A DNA stretch of 64,000 nt from Lingula anatina (taxonomy: Eukaryota > Animalia > Brachiopoda), in the NCBI GenBank assembly GCA_051362555.1, contig CM120648.1, positions 19,030,587-19,094,586 of the forward strand, written 5' to 3'. The position numbers and the translations under genes are program-made. This document shows, piece by piece, positions 25,920 to 39,095 of the stretch (the first letter of the stretch is position 1; each line of letters starts with the position of its first letter). Below the pieces are notes generated by a model. The model did not search any database. It saw only the letters and a program-made list of their open reading frames with translations, and was not told the origin of the DNA.

Positions 25920-25951
25920 GTGAAGAAGAGTCAGTCCAAGACCAAAACTAA
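25920..25951 (+). CDS. Possible alternative last exon of the Roco-caspase gene (GEEESVQDQN*)
   Basis: Acceptor gttttctag| is in phase with the donor CCAG|GTAAGC after 23197. Confidence 0.4.
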
Positions 25952-25998
25952 AGACAACTGTCGATGGTTTCATGCACAGAGAGCCCGCAAACGAAGTA

Positions 25999-27421
25999 CA
26001 CACACTGGACAATAGAAGTGTCACCCCCTAAATCAGAGTAATAAAAGTAGGCAGATCTTCGGTACTTATAATGTCTGGTCTACTTATAATGTGACTAATG
26101 AGTATGAAACCGCTATACCATGGAATTGTATTGTTGGTCTTGTACATGTACAGCAAATATTATTCCTGTCTTCCTCCAGTATGGCAAGATACAGGCAATT
26201 ACATAACGGTTATATGCGTCAAGTTTTTAACCTGAAGAGACGGAATATAGGCAATGTCAGAATATCGACACAATTGAATTGTTCAGTCAGAATCGTGCAG
26301 AGGGTCTGGTCTCGGTATGGAAACACTGGATCAAGAGACAAATTGCCTCTGATGGGTTGTCCAAGAAAAACTACTGGTCGTGAAGACCGACGACTGATTT
26401 TGATGTCCAGGTTGTCAAAGTTTGACACTGCTTGTCAGTTGACAACACAGTGGAACAATTTCACACATAAGAATGTGTCTGTGAAAATTGCTATGCGTCG
26501 GTTAAATGCTCAGAGAGTGTATAACAGGGTAGCAAGACAAAAAAACTCTTATATCATTACAAAACAGGCAAGGTAGAGTGAACTAGGGTCAACAGGATCT
26601 GGAACTGGACAGTCCATGGCAATTGGTCCTATATATTTTTTTCTGGTGGGTTTCGCTTTGGTCTGACCTCTGATGACAGATGGGTACGATGCTAGCGAAC
26701 TGCTGGTAAAGCATTTGAAGCACATGCACTGAATTTTTGAACCCGGAGCAGCATATTTATCATGGTGTGGGGCTGCATCAGCATCCATTGCGTAGGCGAA
26801 TTGGTAGTGGTTGATGGAAACATGAATCACTAGAAATATATCGATGTTTTGGAGTCAGGCTTGCTACCATCTATTACTAACATGTTTGGTGACAGGAGTT
26901 ATCCATTTGTTCACCAGGGTGACAATGCTCCTTGTCACAGGCCCAGAGCAGTTGATGATTGGTTTGAACAACAGGACATTCGCAGGTGATGTGGTCTGCC
27001 CAGAGTCCGGATGCACGACCAGATGCAAACATACCTGTAATAGAAAATGTGTGGAATGATATGTCAAAACTTTTGACAAATGTCCGTCTAACCAGTAGAG
27101 AATAATAGTTATATTATATAGAAAATAGTTATATTCAGTGTTTCACGCTTGGGCCAGCATAATCCCTGAACTCATCAGACAATTATATGAATCCTTGCCT
27201 CGTAGGCTGGCACCTATTATTAGGTCACTTGGCTATGCCACAAGGTACTGGACCTGAAAGTGCATATTTTGGTAGAATGTATACTTGGTTCTCATTTTGT
27301 GATTTTTTTTTGTGAAATTTGATGTTAATAAAATGATACCAGGAGCATAATATTCCACAGTCATTTATCTCCCCCATAGTATTGGTGCAGTAGGGGAGAC
27401 ACTGCTATTGTTCAGTGTGTG
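25999..27421 (+). mobile_element. Full-length but degenerate Tc1 transposon
   Basis: TIRs CACACACTGGACAATAG / CTATTGTTCAGTGTGTG with TA flanks; remnants of HTH (GCPRKTTGREDRRL), WGCIS, DNAPCH, QSPD and IENVW with stops and frameshifts. Confidence 0.88.
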
Positions 27422-28029
27422 TACTTGCATTTTTTACTAGATTCTATTTTAAAATGGAGATATTAGGCAGTGCTCTATGAACATTTCATTCGCCTTTGGT
27501 GTAAATATTACAAAGGATTACGCAGTGCAGAGGTCAAATGTCTGATATTAGGGACATTCTGTCCAGCTCTTAAGGAATTTTGGGGTAACATTTCATTAAA
27601 CAGACTTGTAATTATTTCTGAATATATGTCTCGCCGTCTACAGGGGACACATGCAGCACTTAGACATTAGCTTCTACATAACGCAGTCTGATGCGGATAA
27701 AATATATGCTCTTGTTGATAATGTACATAAATTTGGTGATAGTTGGCGGGGTCTTATCACTAAATGAATATTTTTACCTCTCTGGAAATCAATATAGAAT
27801 ATCAGATAAGATGGGCATGAATAATTTAAATCTGCAATGTGGTATAAGATATGGATTTTCACACTGGTATTTTGTTTTATGTACCTTAGCCCATGTTGAT
27901 TACAGTGTCTGCAATAAAAATATTAGAGACAGTTAACAGGTCTGATGCGATCATTTGTAAACGAAAGCACATGCAATTGGAGACGTGAAAACCTTTTTGA
28001 TAAGTGGGTATGTTATAATAGAAATATAA

Positions 28030-29140
28030 GGCCACACTTTTTTATTTTTATGGATGACATCCTCTGGGGACCCCAAAATCGGTGCGAGTGGGCGAAAAAA
28101 AAAAAAACAGTCTAAAAAAAAAAAAACCTGCTTAAGAAAAGTTATGTGTTCAGTACACAGCTGGAAACACTAATTTACCACAGAAACATGTATCAAACTA
28201 ACAATATGTCTTTATCCATGTTCCCAAAATATTAAAGCATTGTGAATATGGCCTACTTCGTAGAAAGGTAAAAAGTCATGAATATACCTTCGTAGAAAGG
28301 TAAAAAGTCATGAATATATATGCTGCATATTACCAAATCTATTAAAGGTTATTTCATGCATTCTGTTGGTATAGCAATCAATAAAACAAATATAATAAAA
28401 TATAATAGCGTGTCTTTATTTGTACTCTCAGAAAATTAAAGCATTGTAATCACTTCACAGAATTGTTAAAAAAAATGAAGCAAAGATAGGCCTATGCTTC
28501 CTACTACCAAATCTAAAAAAGGTAATTTCGGTCGATGCCATTTTGTCTACTTCGACTCACACGTAGCAGCCAACTATCAGGTGGCCTGTCTGACCTTCAG
28601 TCCACCAAATACCACGACGCTCTTGTCGACCCTTTTTTCGCTACAAAAAAACCTGGTATGTGCTGCTTTGGACAGAATGTCACTGAAATTTTCCGGGCGA
28701 TGATCGCTGGCCGCGGCCAGCCTTTCGTATAATTGTAAAAGGGTGATATCTCCATGACAATATCAATGGCAAACCAGTCCAAAACGATGGCCCCGTTCTC
28801 TTTATGACTTTAATTGTCGTGTATTTTGAAATGAATGCTAGAGATGAATTTGACGACAAAGCTGCCATATTTCCACGTGGTGATAATACGCATGCGCAGA
28901 AAGCTCATTTTCTGCACTCGGAACTACTCAGATGTCTCCGCAGTCTACAAGACAGTATGGAGCTTGCGGAATAAGCCGAGGATTGCCGATTGCATTTTCC
29001 GGTAAATTCAATAAAGACGTTTGCGACAACCGACTTCCTTGGGGGGGGGGATTTTTTTTTTTTTTTTTTTTTTTTTTGGAGAATGGACGAAAATCAGTGC
29101 GCGCGCAGGATGTCATCCATAAAATTAAAAAAGTGTGGCC
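28030..29140. mobile_element. PIF/Harbinger (Tourist-like) MITE
   Basis: TIR GGCCACACTTTTT..TTTTATGGATGACATCCT with its inverse; TAA duplicated at 28027-29 and 29141-43. Confidence 0.8.
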
Positions 29141-29723
29141 TAATATACGTACAAAGAAAATTTTGTAATAGACTTGCATAGTTGGTTCTGATTTTTATTC
29201 GAATATTAAAGGTAACAAATGTATTACAAAACATTTGTTTATTTATATAAGCTGTGAATACCTGTAGCTACGATGTAAATTCAAATGTCTGCCGGGCATT
29301 CTATTCATAGGCGTCCGATTTCCAACAACTGTACCAGCACAGCTTTTTCTGACCGTACCATTGGCGAATCCACTGGGGCAAAGTAAGCCCTCTCCCTCAT
29401 TTCTTAGCGACGAAACCACATGTGGGCATGTATTATCCTTACCCCACTCTTTCCCTAACAGACAAAACCAGTCAATATTCCAATTCATGCGCTCTTTATT
29501 ACAATAAAATTGTCCTGGGCTCGGAACCTCAAAAGGATCGCTATGTTGCGCACGCGCTATAGCATGGCTAGCGTGCGCTATCCCGTATCTCGAAAGCTTC
29601 GCAAATCCCGGCCGTGCGCTAATGTCCAAATCGCCATAAGTTTCGAGGCTATTATTTACGGCCATACAAACTAGACGCAAGTGTTTTTACGCATGCGTAC
29701 TTGGTCATTATACTGAAATCGTC

Positions 29724-31397
29724 ATGGCGGCTAGTTTTGTTGTTATAAGAGAAAAATGCCAGGAAAATGCTAAAAGAAGGTGTGTGAGACATAAAGATCC
29801 TATGGTAGAGTTCCAACCCCATATTTTTCATAAGAGATACTGCATGACACAGGAGAATGTGCTCAAACTGACCAATATTATTGAGGAACCTCTGAAAAGA
29901 CCGACTACGAGGTCTTGAGCACTGTCACCCACTACCCAAGTTCTTGCTGCTTTACGTGTACTTGATACTGGGTCAGATCACAAGGTGGTCGGCGACAGCC
30001 TTGATCTGTCACCAATGTCGGTGTCCAGAAGCCTCCATGCTGTGGTAGATTCAATTTTAAACAGCCATGACCCAGCACTGCAGATCCAGTTTCCAACTGA
30101 AGAGGCAGATGTTAGGAGAGTGAAGAAGCAATTTTACGATATTGCAGGCTTCCCTAATGTCATCGGTGCCATCGATGGTTCTCTAATTCCAATAAAAGCT
30201 CCATCCCAAGATGAGAATTTGTTTGTGTGTCGTAAAGGCTTCCACGCTCTTAATATTCAAACAATAGTGGATGCCAAATTGAAGTAAGTTAATTAACATT
30301 TTAAAGGCATTCAGATATTAGAAAAGCCTTTAGATCTACCCTTTGGCTGTTTCATGTTTGTTTCTATAATTAACTTGTTAATTTCATTACATTATATAGG
30401 TAGTGTAATATACTGCATTATTATCCAATGTTATTTTATTACCACTTATCAAACTTATAACTTGAATTATTATTAATTTTAAATACCTCAGAGAAAATTA
30501 AATTTCAATGTACATTAGCTTAAAAATATTATTTATCTCTTTATATATATATATATATATATATTATTGTTATTTTTATTTTCATTATTTTTATTATTTC
30601 AGGTTTACAAATGTAGTTGCAAAATGGCCAGGTTCAACTCATGACAGCTTAATTTTCAATCAATGTGCTATACACGAGATGTACGAAGCAGGAATGCTGC
30701 CAAGGAGTTATCTACTCGGAGACAGTGCATATGCTCTGTCTCCTCTCATGATGACACCAATCCTGCACCCGATCACTGCAGAAGAAGAGGCCTATTCTGA
30801 GAGCCAAAGGAAAACCAGGAGTGTTGTTGAACAGGCACTTGGTGTAACTAAAGGCAGATTCAGGTATGTTTACCCTTTATGGTATATAAATCTAATCCCT
30901 ATTGTGATAACACCCATTAACTAAGTTTGTGTATTTACTTTCATCAATCAGTTCCCAACCTACATTCAATAGGGTGACTCCCCTTTTCACCCACACCCAC
31001 ACATAATTATAAAACCTGGCAAATAATTTTGTTTCAAAAGTCTTGGTTATAAATCATAATAACGTTAACTAGTCAAAAAAAAAAGTCTTATAAATTTGTG
31101 ATTTATTGTTTCCTGTAAGAAATATAATCAAATGTTCTGATACAATAATATCTTCTTTATTTTAGGTGTATATACAAGAATGGTGGCCATCTCTGGTACA
31201 CCCCAGAGATGTGTGGGAGAATCATCATAGTCTGTTGTATCCTGCACAATTTTTGTCAGGAAAACAACGACCCGCACCATGAGGATGAAGATCCTGACAT
31301 TGATGCAGGTGTTCATGACAATGTGTTCGTTGGTCCTGTACTTCCCTCTGGTCTCAGGACCAGGGAAGAAATAATCAGGAACTTCTTTACACATTAG
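29724..31397 (+). pseudogene. Harbinger (HARBI1-like) DDE nuclease, 3 exons (29724-30283, 30603-30863, 31166-31397), one in-frame stop
   Basis: FPNVIGAIDGS, RKGFHALNIQ, WPGSTHDS, LLGDSAY, RSVVEQA, CCILHNF; canonical splice sites; TGA at 29916-18 with the same frame continuing as ALSPTTQVLAALR. Confidence 0.92.
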
Positions 31398-31691
31398 TCA
31401 TGTACACCTGCCTCGATGTCAGGATCTTCAACTCAGCAGCCACATGAATCTGCCTTATGGTACACCAAGAGCCTTTTCAACAACACCTCTGTATTTTGAC
31501 TCTCAGAAAATGCCTCTTCCTCTCAATGATCGGCCCCAGGATTAATGACATCATGATTGGAGACAGTGGAAATACTGCCACTGAGTGGGTAGCCACGTGG
31601 CATTTCCTACCTTGTACATCTCTTGTATGGTACAGATATTGAAAATAAAGCTGTCGTGGGTTGTTAGCCAGCCCACCTTGGAACTACATTT
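31398..31691 (-). repeat. Inverted, diverged copy of the Harbinger nuclease exon 2 and part of exon 3
   Basis: 31398-31430 is the reverse complement of ~31285-31318; ~31445-31690 aligns in reverse to ~30610-30862. Confidence 0.85.
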
Positions 31692-32699
31692 CCACACTTC
31701 CATATTCTCCTGGTATTTTTCTCTAACTCTCAGTTGGATCATTTATGAATCATTGTGGGATGAATACGGATTATTGTTTCATTAAACAAAATAATGAAAA
31801 CTGATGTTCTCTTTAAAATGTCATAATTTATTATATTTTGCATATAATACTAAGAACTGAAATTCAAAATAAGTGTACAAAATGACAAAAGTGTACAAAT
31901 TTGATTTAATATAACAGCTAGTGTTCATGCAGGAAATTTAATAACAAATTCCAGGAATCAAAAAGACTGACACTTTAAGTCAATTACTTTTGAAGTACAC
32001 TTTCAATGCAAATAGGGCAAAATAAAATCACTTTAAAGTTTATGTAAGAAACAAAACAGACGGTCAAGTTATGTTTTACATAATTTTTTATTTCATGAAA
32101 TAATAACATTATGAAAATATAAAAATAATATTATAAACAATTTCCTAAATGTATATTCTTGTCTAAATTAAAGTTAATAAGTACAATATAAAAATAAAGT
32201 CCTTTTCAAGGACAAAAGCAAATGAAATCTATCCCTTCTAAAAGATTTGTAACAAATTCCAGTTCTTTGCCGAGGTCATAAACTTAGTTTAAAATACAGC
32301 ACTGAATGATCAAACTGATTCACATATTTAAAATTTACTGAATGAAAAATACTCAAAATTATCAAAAATAAATTGCATAAATTAAAGGAAAAAAATAATA
32401 CAGTCAAGTTGGCATGTATATCCTTATAATCATTCTTGTACGTAAAAAAATAAGTAACAAAGTTTTATTTTTCATTATATTTGTGGTGGCAGGGTCCACA
32501 ACAGGGATTTTGACAATTTTGATTCAATATAACATAATACTCAACAGCATATTCACTACAAAATTAAAATAATATAAGTATATGTGAAAGTTCACAGTAC
32601 AGGGATGATGACTGCAACAACAGATGCAACTAATGGCTAGTACAGTGATGTACAGTAACATACAGCTAGTATGTGTCTTGGCAAAAACATAAAATATCA

Positions 32700-33990
32700 T
32701 GATCCCAATAAGATGCACTCACTGGTAAGTATCTACAAGAGACTCGCTCTTCAGTACATCCAACTTCATTTCACAGTATTCTGTTATTTTTTCAAATAAC
32801 ACTTAGTTACTTTTGTCAATTTCTAATCTCTCCCTTTCTAATTGTAAACGCTCTTTTTCTACTTTCAACCTCTCCTCCTCTAATGCTAAGCGACCCTTCT
32901 CTACGTTGTAAAGCCTTTCACTTACATCTGAAATTTGAAGATGTAATTAATAATTAAATATAAAAATGATATAATAAGAACTCAATCTTTTCAATATTCT
33001 AAATTTTACAGATACTGTACTTTTAAGTCAATGTGATAATTTTTCATAAATGAACATATTCCTGTTGAGTTGCAGCAACAAAAATGAAAAGCCGACCATC
33101 TGACAATGTTGAACGCTTTCATAAGCTATATGTTTGAAATTACCAATAAAGTTTCATTTGTTAATAGGTATAGAAATAATTAACTCATATGTTTCAACAA
33201 ATTATAGACTGAAAAGCACACCTGGCTGCCCACATATGGTAATGCCTATCACAGCCCTCATTTCCCTGATGAAGTCTGGCTGTAAGCAAACACTATATAC
33301 ATAGGTATATACTCCCCGAACAAATGATTTAAGAGCATTACTTATTCAAACACAAATGTAAATATTAATGTTTATATACCTTGTGATGATGTATGCACCT
33401 TCTTCTTTCTACTGGATGAACCGGTTGCTGAAATCGGCATTTACATGTTAAAATTAGCTGATATAAATAATAATAATCAAAATGCATTTTGATCAAGTGA
33501 TTATGTAATGTCCTAAATTCATGTGTTAAAATGGGTGATGTAATTATACATTAAAATATGCAAGTAATCAGAAGCAGTGAACATTGATTGGAAAACAAAA
33601 TAAATACATATATTTTAATAAAATCTAAAATTAAACATAATAAATACCTCTTCTTTTAAATGGTACATGGCAGGAAATGTTCATAGCTAACAAAGAAAAT
33701 AGCAATACTATATATGAACATATGATGATTACCTTTCCCTGATGTTAACAAATAATATATCTGTATAAGGATGGGTCCCACTCTACAGTGACTCTTGTAA
33801 AGTGTAATCTGCATAACTGAATGACATGCCTCCTCCAGCGGCTACAGGGTACTGAACTTGCATGTGTGCTCAGATTAATTACCTCCTAGGTGTTGAAGAA
33901 GGCAAGTCACACAGTAAAGGTATAAGGATCTCACACAGAGTTGTACCAACCCAACTCAATGTAATAGGCTGTGTTTCCCTGTATGGGGAT
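32700..33990 (-). pseudogene. 3' exons of the probable Harbinger partner gene (Myb/SANT-coiled-coil type), 5' part missing
   Basis: Minus-strand exon from 32927 reads DVSERLYNVEKGRLALEEERLKVEKERLQLERERLEIDK; convergent on the nuclease as in Harbingers. The Myb domain itself was not found. Confidence 0.55.
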
Positions 33991-34065
33991 CTAGGAGATT
34001 GCATTCTTTTAATTTTAATTTCAATGTTTCTCTCAATATGATAATTTATATTGTTTATATTGTTC

Positions 34066-35310
34066 ATAATGTTCAAAAAGGGCAATAGAAAAGACATCAA
34101 GAATTACAGACCCATCTGCCTACTTTCTAACTTGTATAAGATTTACACCAAAATATTGACTGAAAGGCTAACAAGACAACTAGATGAAGCACAGCCAAAG
34201 GAACAAGCAGGTTTCAGAGACCAGTACACCACTACCGATCATATGCACACTGTCAACCAGCTCAAAGAGAAATGTCTCGAGTATAACATTCCACTTTGTG
34301 TAGCATTCGTTGATTATGAAAAAGCCTTCGACTCAGTAGAAACCCAGTATATACTGGCATCCCTGCAAGATCTAGGGATCGAAGATGGATACATAGACGT
34401 CCTCAGAGACATATACACCGATAGCTCTGTAACAGTCAAACTGCACAAAGACCACCAATAAGATCAGGATCAAGAAAGGTGTACGCCAAGGAGATACAAT
34501 CTCTCCTAAACTGTTCACAGCAGCATTGGAACGTATATTCAGGGAGCTGGACTGGCAGGACAAGGGCATAAACATAGATGGTACCAAGCTCAATCACCTT
34601 AGGTTTGCAGACGACATCATAATAGTAGCAGATGATGCAAAAGACCTCGAAGAAATGCTGCAGGCGTTAGCAGATGAAAGAGCAAAAAGTGGGCTAAAGA
34701 TGAACATCAGCAAGACAAAGGTGATGTTTGGACCACTAACCACCCCTTGCACAGTGAAGGTCAATACCAAAGAAATAGAAGCAGTAGAAGAGTATATATA
34801 TACCTTGGGCAACGGTTCAGCCTTAGGGATCGAACACTGGAGAAAGAAATCAAACGAAGGATAAAAGCAGGATGGGCAGCATATGGGAAGCACAATGACA
34901 TCTTCAAGAGCAACCTTCCTACCTGCCTGAAAAAGAAAGTGTTCAATGCATGTGTGCTGCCGGCAATCACCTATGGTTCAGAGACCTGGGCACTGAATGC
35001 CTCCATGGAACACAAGCTACAAGTAGCTCAGAGAAAGATGGAAAGGATTATGTTGAACATCAGTCCAAGAGAGTGGAAAACAAATGTATGGTTACGTGAA
35101 CACACCAAAGTCAAGGACGTACTACTCACAGTTAAAGAAATGAAATGGAGGTGGGCAGGACATGTCAAAAGAATGAAGGACAATAGGTGGACAATCAGGC
35201 TTACAGAATGGACCCCAAGGTATGGACAAAGAAAAAGAGGAAGGCCGGTCAAACGATGGAGGGATGAATTAGATGACTACTGGAAGTCTTGGAAGAATTG
35301 CGCATTGGCC
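34066..35310 (+). mobile_element. 5'-truncated RTE-clade LINE reverse transcriptase with two frameshifts
   Basis: NYRPICLL, EQAGFR, FVDYEKAFDSV, GVRQGDTISP, LRFADD, YIYLG, TYGSETW, KWRWAGHV spread over three frames. Confidence 0.93.
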
Positions 35311-38300
35311 AGGCAAATCGGAGCCAAATTGGAACCCCCCTCGGCCAATCACGTCTCTTCGCTGGTTCCAATTTCACTGAAATTGGAACCTCGATTGACC
35401 AATCAGGTGGCCCCTACGTTCCAATTCTGACAACCGGCCTCGACCTCGTTTCGCGTCATGACACAGCTCGACTTTGGTAATGGTGGACGCTTTTCCTCGC
35501 TTCGCAACTTTTGACGGGCCGTGCAGCTAAACAAGAGGACGATCTCAAGGTAAATCGATCTCATTCGATAGAAAAATTAGGTAACAATGCCATTCGTACT
35601 CGAAAATTGCGTAATCAAGCGAATATCAAAAGTTACGGCGATTTTTAGAGTGGGCAGGGGCTTTCGGGAGGGGGGGCTCTCACTGACAGCTTAGGGTAGT
35701 GTGTGTGTGCGTGCGTGTTCATGTGCTGCGATATGCAGAAAGTAAGGCTAGAAAAAATAGAATATATGTATTTTCACATAGGTACATGTGTGCTTCGAAA
35801 GAATATATAATTAAAATCATGTGCACATGTGCTGTTTACGGTCACGGTAGCCTAAAAGCGGGGGGGGGGGGGTATTAACAATACCAATATTTACTGATGT
35901 CCATATTAACTCGGGTCAAGTGAAAGCAGAATATCATTTTTTTAACATCCATTTAGTGTGATGTTCCCTTGTTAAATTACCCCCTTACTATTAACCGATT
36001 ACAGTGACGTCATATTTGCTCCGTAACACTCGTCCAGCGGCCATTCTGGAGGGAAAGAACGACGGGGAACAGTAGCGTAAATATAGGTGAACCAAATAAA
36101 ATGAAATAATCTTCATATCGTGATCAAGTACACCAAAAGGAAAATAGTATATACATGTGAAAACTTCAGCTGATCAGCGTGATTGACCCATATAAACTCA
36201 AGACAGTCCAAAGACGTGAAATCCTGACCTACCCCTGTATCCCAACATCGTGGAATGTTGTCAGAAGCTACATGTAGTTCAGTTATCTTGTACTTCATTT
36301 TTCTTGTTCATTGGGTAATAAAAGTTATAGCTTTAGAGAGTTTACTGTGTAATCATAAGTTCAACCTTTCATAGAAGCAACTTTGTACATAAAGGATAGA
36401 TATTAGGAGAAATTTGAGCTGACTATCGGGATCAACCCTTACGGACTCAAAGAAGAGAGTATGCAGGGTTGTGACAAGAAATATTGCTGTCAGATATGAT
36501 TTAACTGTACATGAAGCTGTCAGAAATTATTTCAGCATTTTTGTGCTTCATTTTGGTTCATTAAGAAGTATTTGTAACATGACTGTTGTTTGAGAGTTCA
36601 ATATTTTACCATGAATTCAACCATTCACAGTAGCAACATTGTTAGCATTTTATTATTAGTCCAGACCTTCACAGAAGCAATGTATTTTTCAAACTTATGA
36701 CATTCAATGTAACATAACAACAAGTCAGTTCATGAATTGATCTTTATTTGATTGAAAATATAGGAATGCACATTTTGTATGGATAAAAGTAAACATGAAA
36801 TGCAAAACATTGTTGCACAATTCAATGACAGATTATCAGGGTCCCTTTCCTTTTGGTTGATAACACTGACATGAAAAATATTTCCATACTTTTAATGATG
36901 CAATGCAACATGTACATGAGCATATTAAGTCGAATCAAGCCACCATAATTTGAGAAACCTGTTTAGTATATTTTTAATCTATGTCTAGAGAAATGCTTGA
37001 TTGAAGACTCTCAATTGATATGTGCTGTGTGGGTATGTACATATTAGGCCTTAGATGGTGTTACTAAGCAGTTTGTAATTTTATTTAGGAGAATTCCACA
37101 ACTGGTGGTCACAATTTAAAAATGCACAACAGTGACAACCTACATGTACAACAGCCATCTGTTTCTGCATATCAGACCATCTGTGGGAGGTGCACCATAC
37201 AAAATTTTATATTTCTTGCAAACTTTTCCATTTAGCCTTTAAACATATGAGAAAGAAAAAAGTGTTTTCATTTCTTCTTGTGCTTCTGCTCACAATTCTA
37301 AATAAATAGAAAACCTGTCCTTGTTGTATGCAAGCTATCAGGATAACAACTTTAAAACAACAAATGAACAATGAAATAAATAAACAAATCCAATTAAATA
37401 ACTCCTGTCATGCACTGAATTTCACTCTCCTGATGTTCAGATCCTGTCTCCTCAGCTGGTCACAAAGATATAAGAATATTTTTTCGCTGCTTCTACCTTG
37501 TGTGCCATCTAGCTGCCTTTTGTACCTGTCACCTTTTTTTTTTTTTTTTTTTTTTTGATAACCAAGATTTATTTGCACCCAATCATTCAGTGTGGCTTGG
37601 TGGGAAAATTTCAGATCAATTTCCTAAATGTAAATTAACAAAAAAAGGTAACAATAGTTATTTTTATTCATATTGTAACTTGCATCATAATACAGTAGGA
37701 AAACACAGAATTCAACATTTTTCAAATTCATTTCATAAGTTCATTCAATTAAATGGTACCTGAGCTAGAATATATACTTACAAAACAGATTTACTCTTAA
37801 CACAACACTAAATCTAAAATCAAGCCACTAACTTCCAAATACACATGACACAGGTAATTGATTTAATTGGCCCAGCTGAGCTGTGTACATTGTACTGTAG
37901 CCTTGACACTAATTGACAATAATGCTAACCAGGTATTAAAGAGGTAGATGACAGCAGATAAAATCCAAAGAGCACCATAACTGATAACAAATTACACCCA
38001 AGGCAATAAGTGAGTCTTCATAATGAAAGTCAAAACCCTGCCTGGGTATTTCCACAGGTTTTTCTAACACACTCCTCACCAAGACTTTTTGGGCACTACT
38101 AATATGCAGTGTACGTGCGCTCATATCTTATACACCTCGGTCATTGGTTTTCAACTTTTTTTCTTTTATGGTAAAGGCTGCACAGCTGGGTCTTCATTCT
38201 TTGCTGTAAAATAAATTAGTTTTATCCTTTACTTGTCCGATGAGTCTTGATTCAAAGCCACTCCTCAGTCTCTCCTCCGTTTACGGTTTTGGTCCCTACA

Positions 38301-38604
38301 CCTTGGATTGTTACCACTGCAGGCAGTCTGTGAACGCTTGTAAAGTTATTTATCTTCTCTCTATCATATACCCTGCAGTAAATCATCATTTTACTCTGTT
38401 TAATATCTAAGAAAACACAGAAATTAAATGCTAAATTGTACATGTAGACATGATCATGCGCAGCAGACGATTCCGGTCTCCCTCCAGTATGGCTGCCGTT
38501 TGTTTTGATGACGAGGGCTACAATGGGTTAATATTCACCACACTCAGTTTTGATTGACAGTGAGTGTTGTAATTTTTTTACTATTTATTTTTAATTTTGT
38601 TTAT

Positions 38605-39095
38605 TGTTTCCTTATGTTATTGCTTTTTATTTTTTAAATTCTATTTAGTGAATGGCTTGTGCATGTTTAGTTATAGTTGAGCTTCTCTATACAGCATGTT
38701 TTTGAAAAAATCAAATTAATCATACTGATAATTTGGAGGGGGGGTGAACTATATAGGCTCATATGTAGTAAATCTCTTTCCTTATGTTATTGATTTTAAA
38801 TATTCCAATTCTATTTAGTGAATGGCTTGTGCATGCTTAGTTATATTTGAGCTTCTCTATGCTGAAGGTTTTCGCAACTTAATCAAATTAATAATAATGA
38901 AAATTTGGAAGAGGGGGGGGGGGTGAGCTAAAGGCCCATATGTAGTACATCTCTTTCCTTATGTTATTGATTTTAAATATTCCAATTCTATTTAGTGAAT
39001 GGCTTGTGCATGCTTAGTTATATTTGAGCTTCTCTATGCTGAAGGTTTTTAAAACTTTAATCAAATTAATAATAATGATAAATGGGGGAGGGGGG
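38605..39095. repeat. Three tandem copies of a ~170-178 bp unit
   Basis: TTTCCTTATGTTATTG...CTATTTAGTGAATGGCTTGTGCATG recurs at about 38607, 38777 and 38955. Confidence 0.8.
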
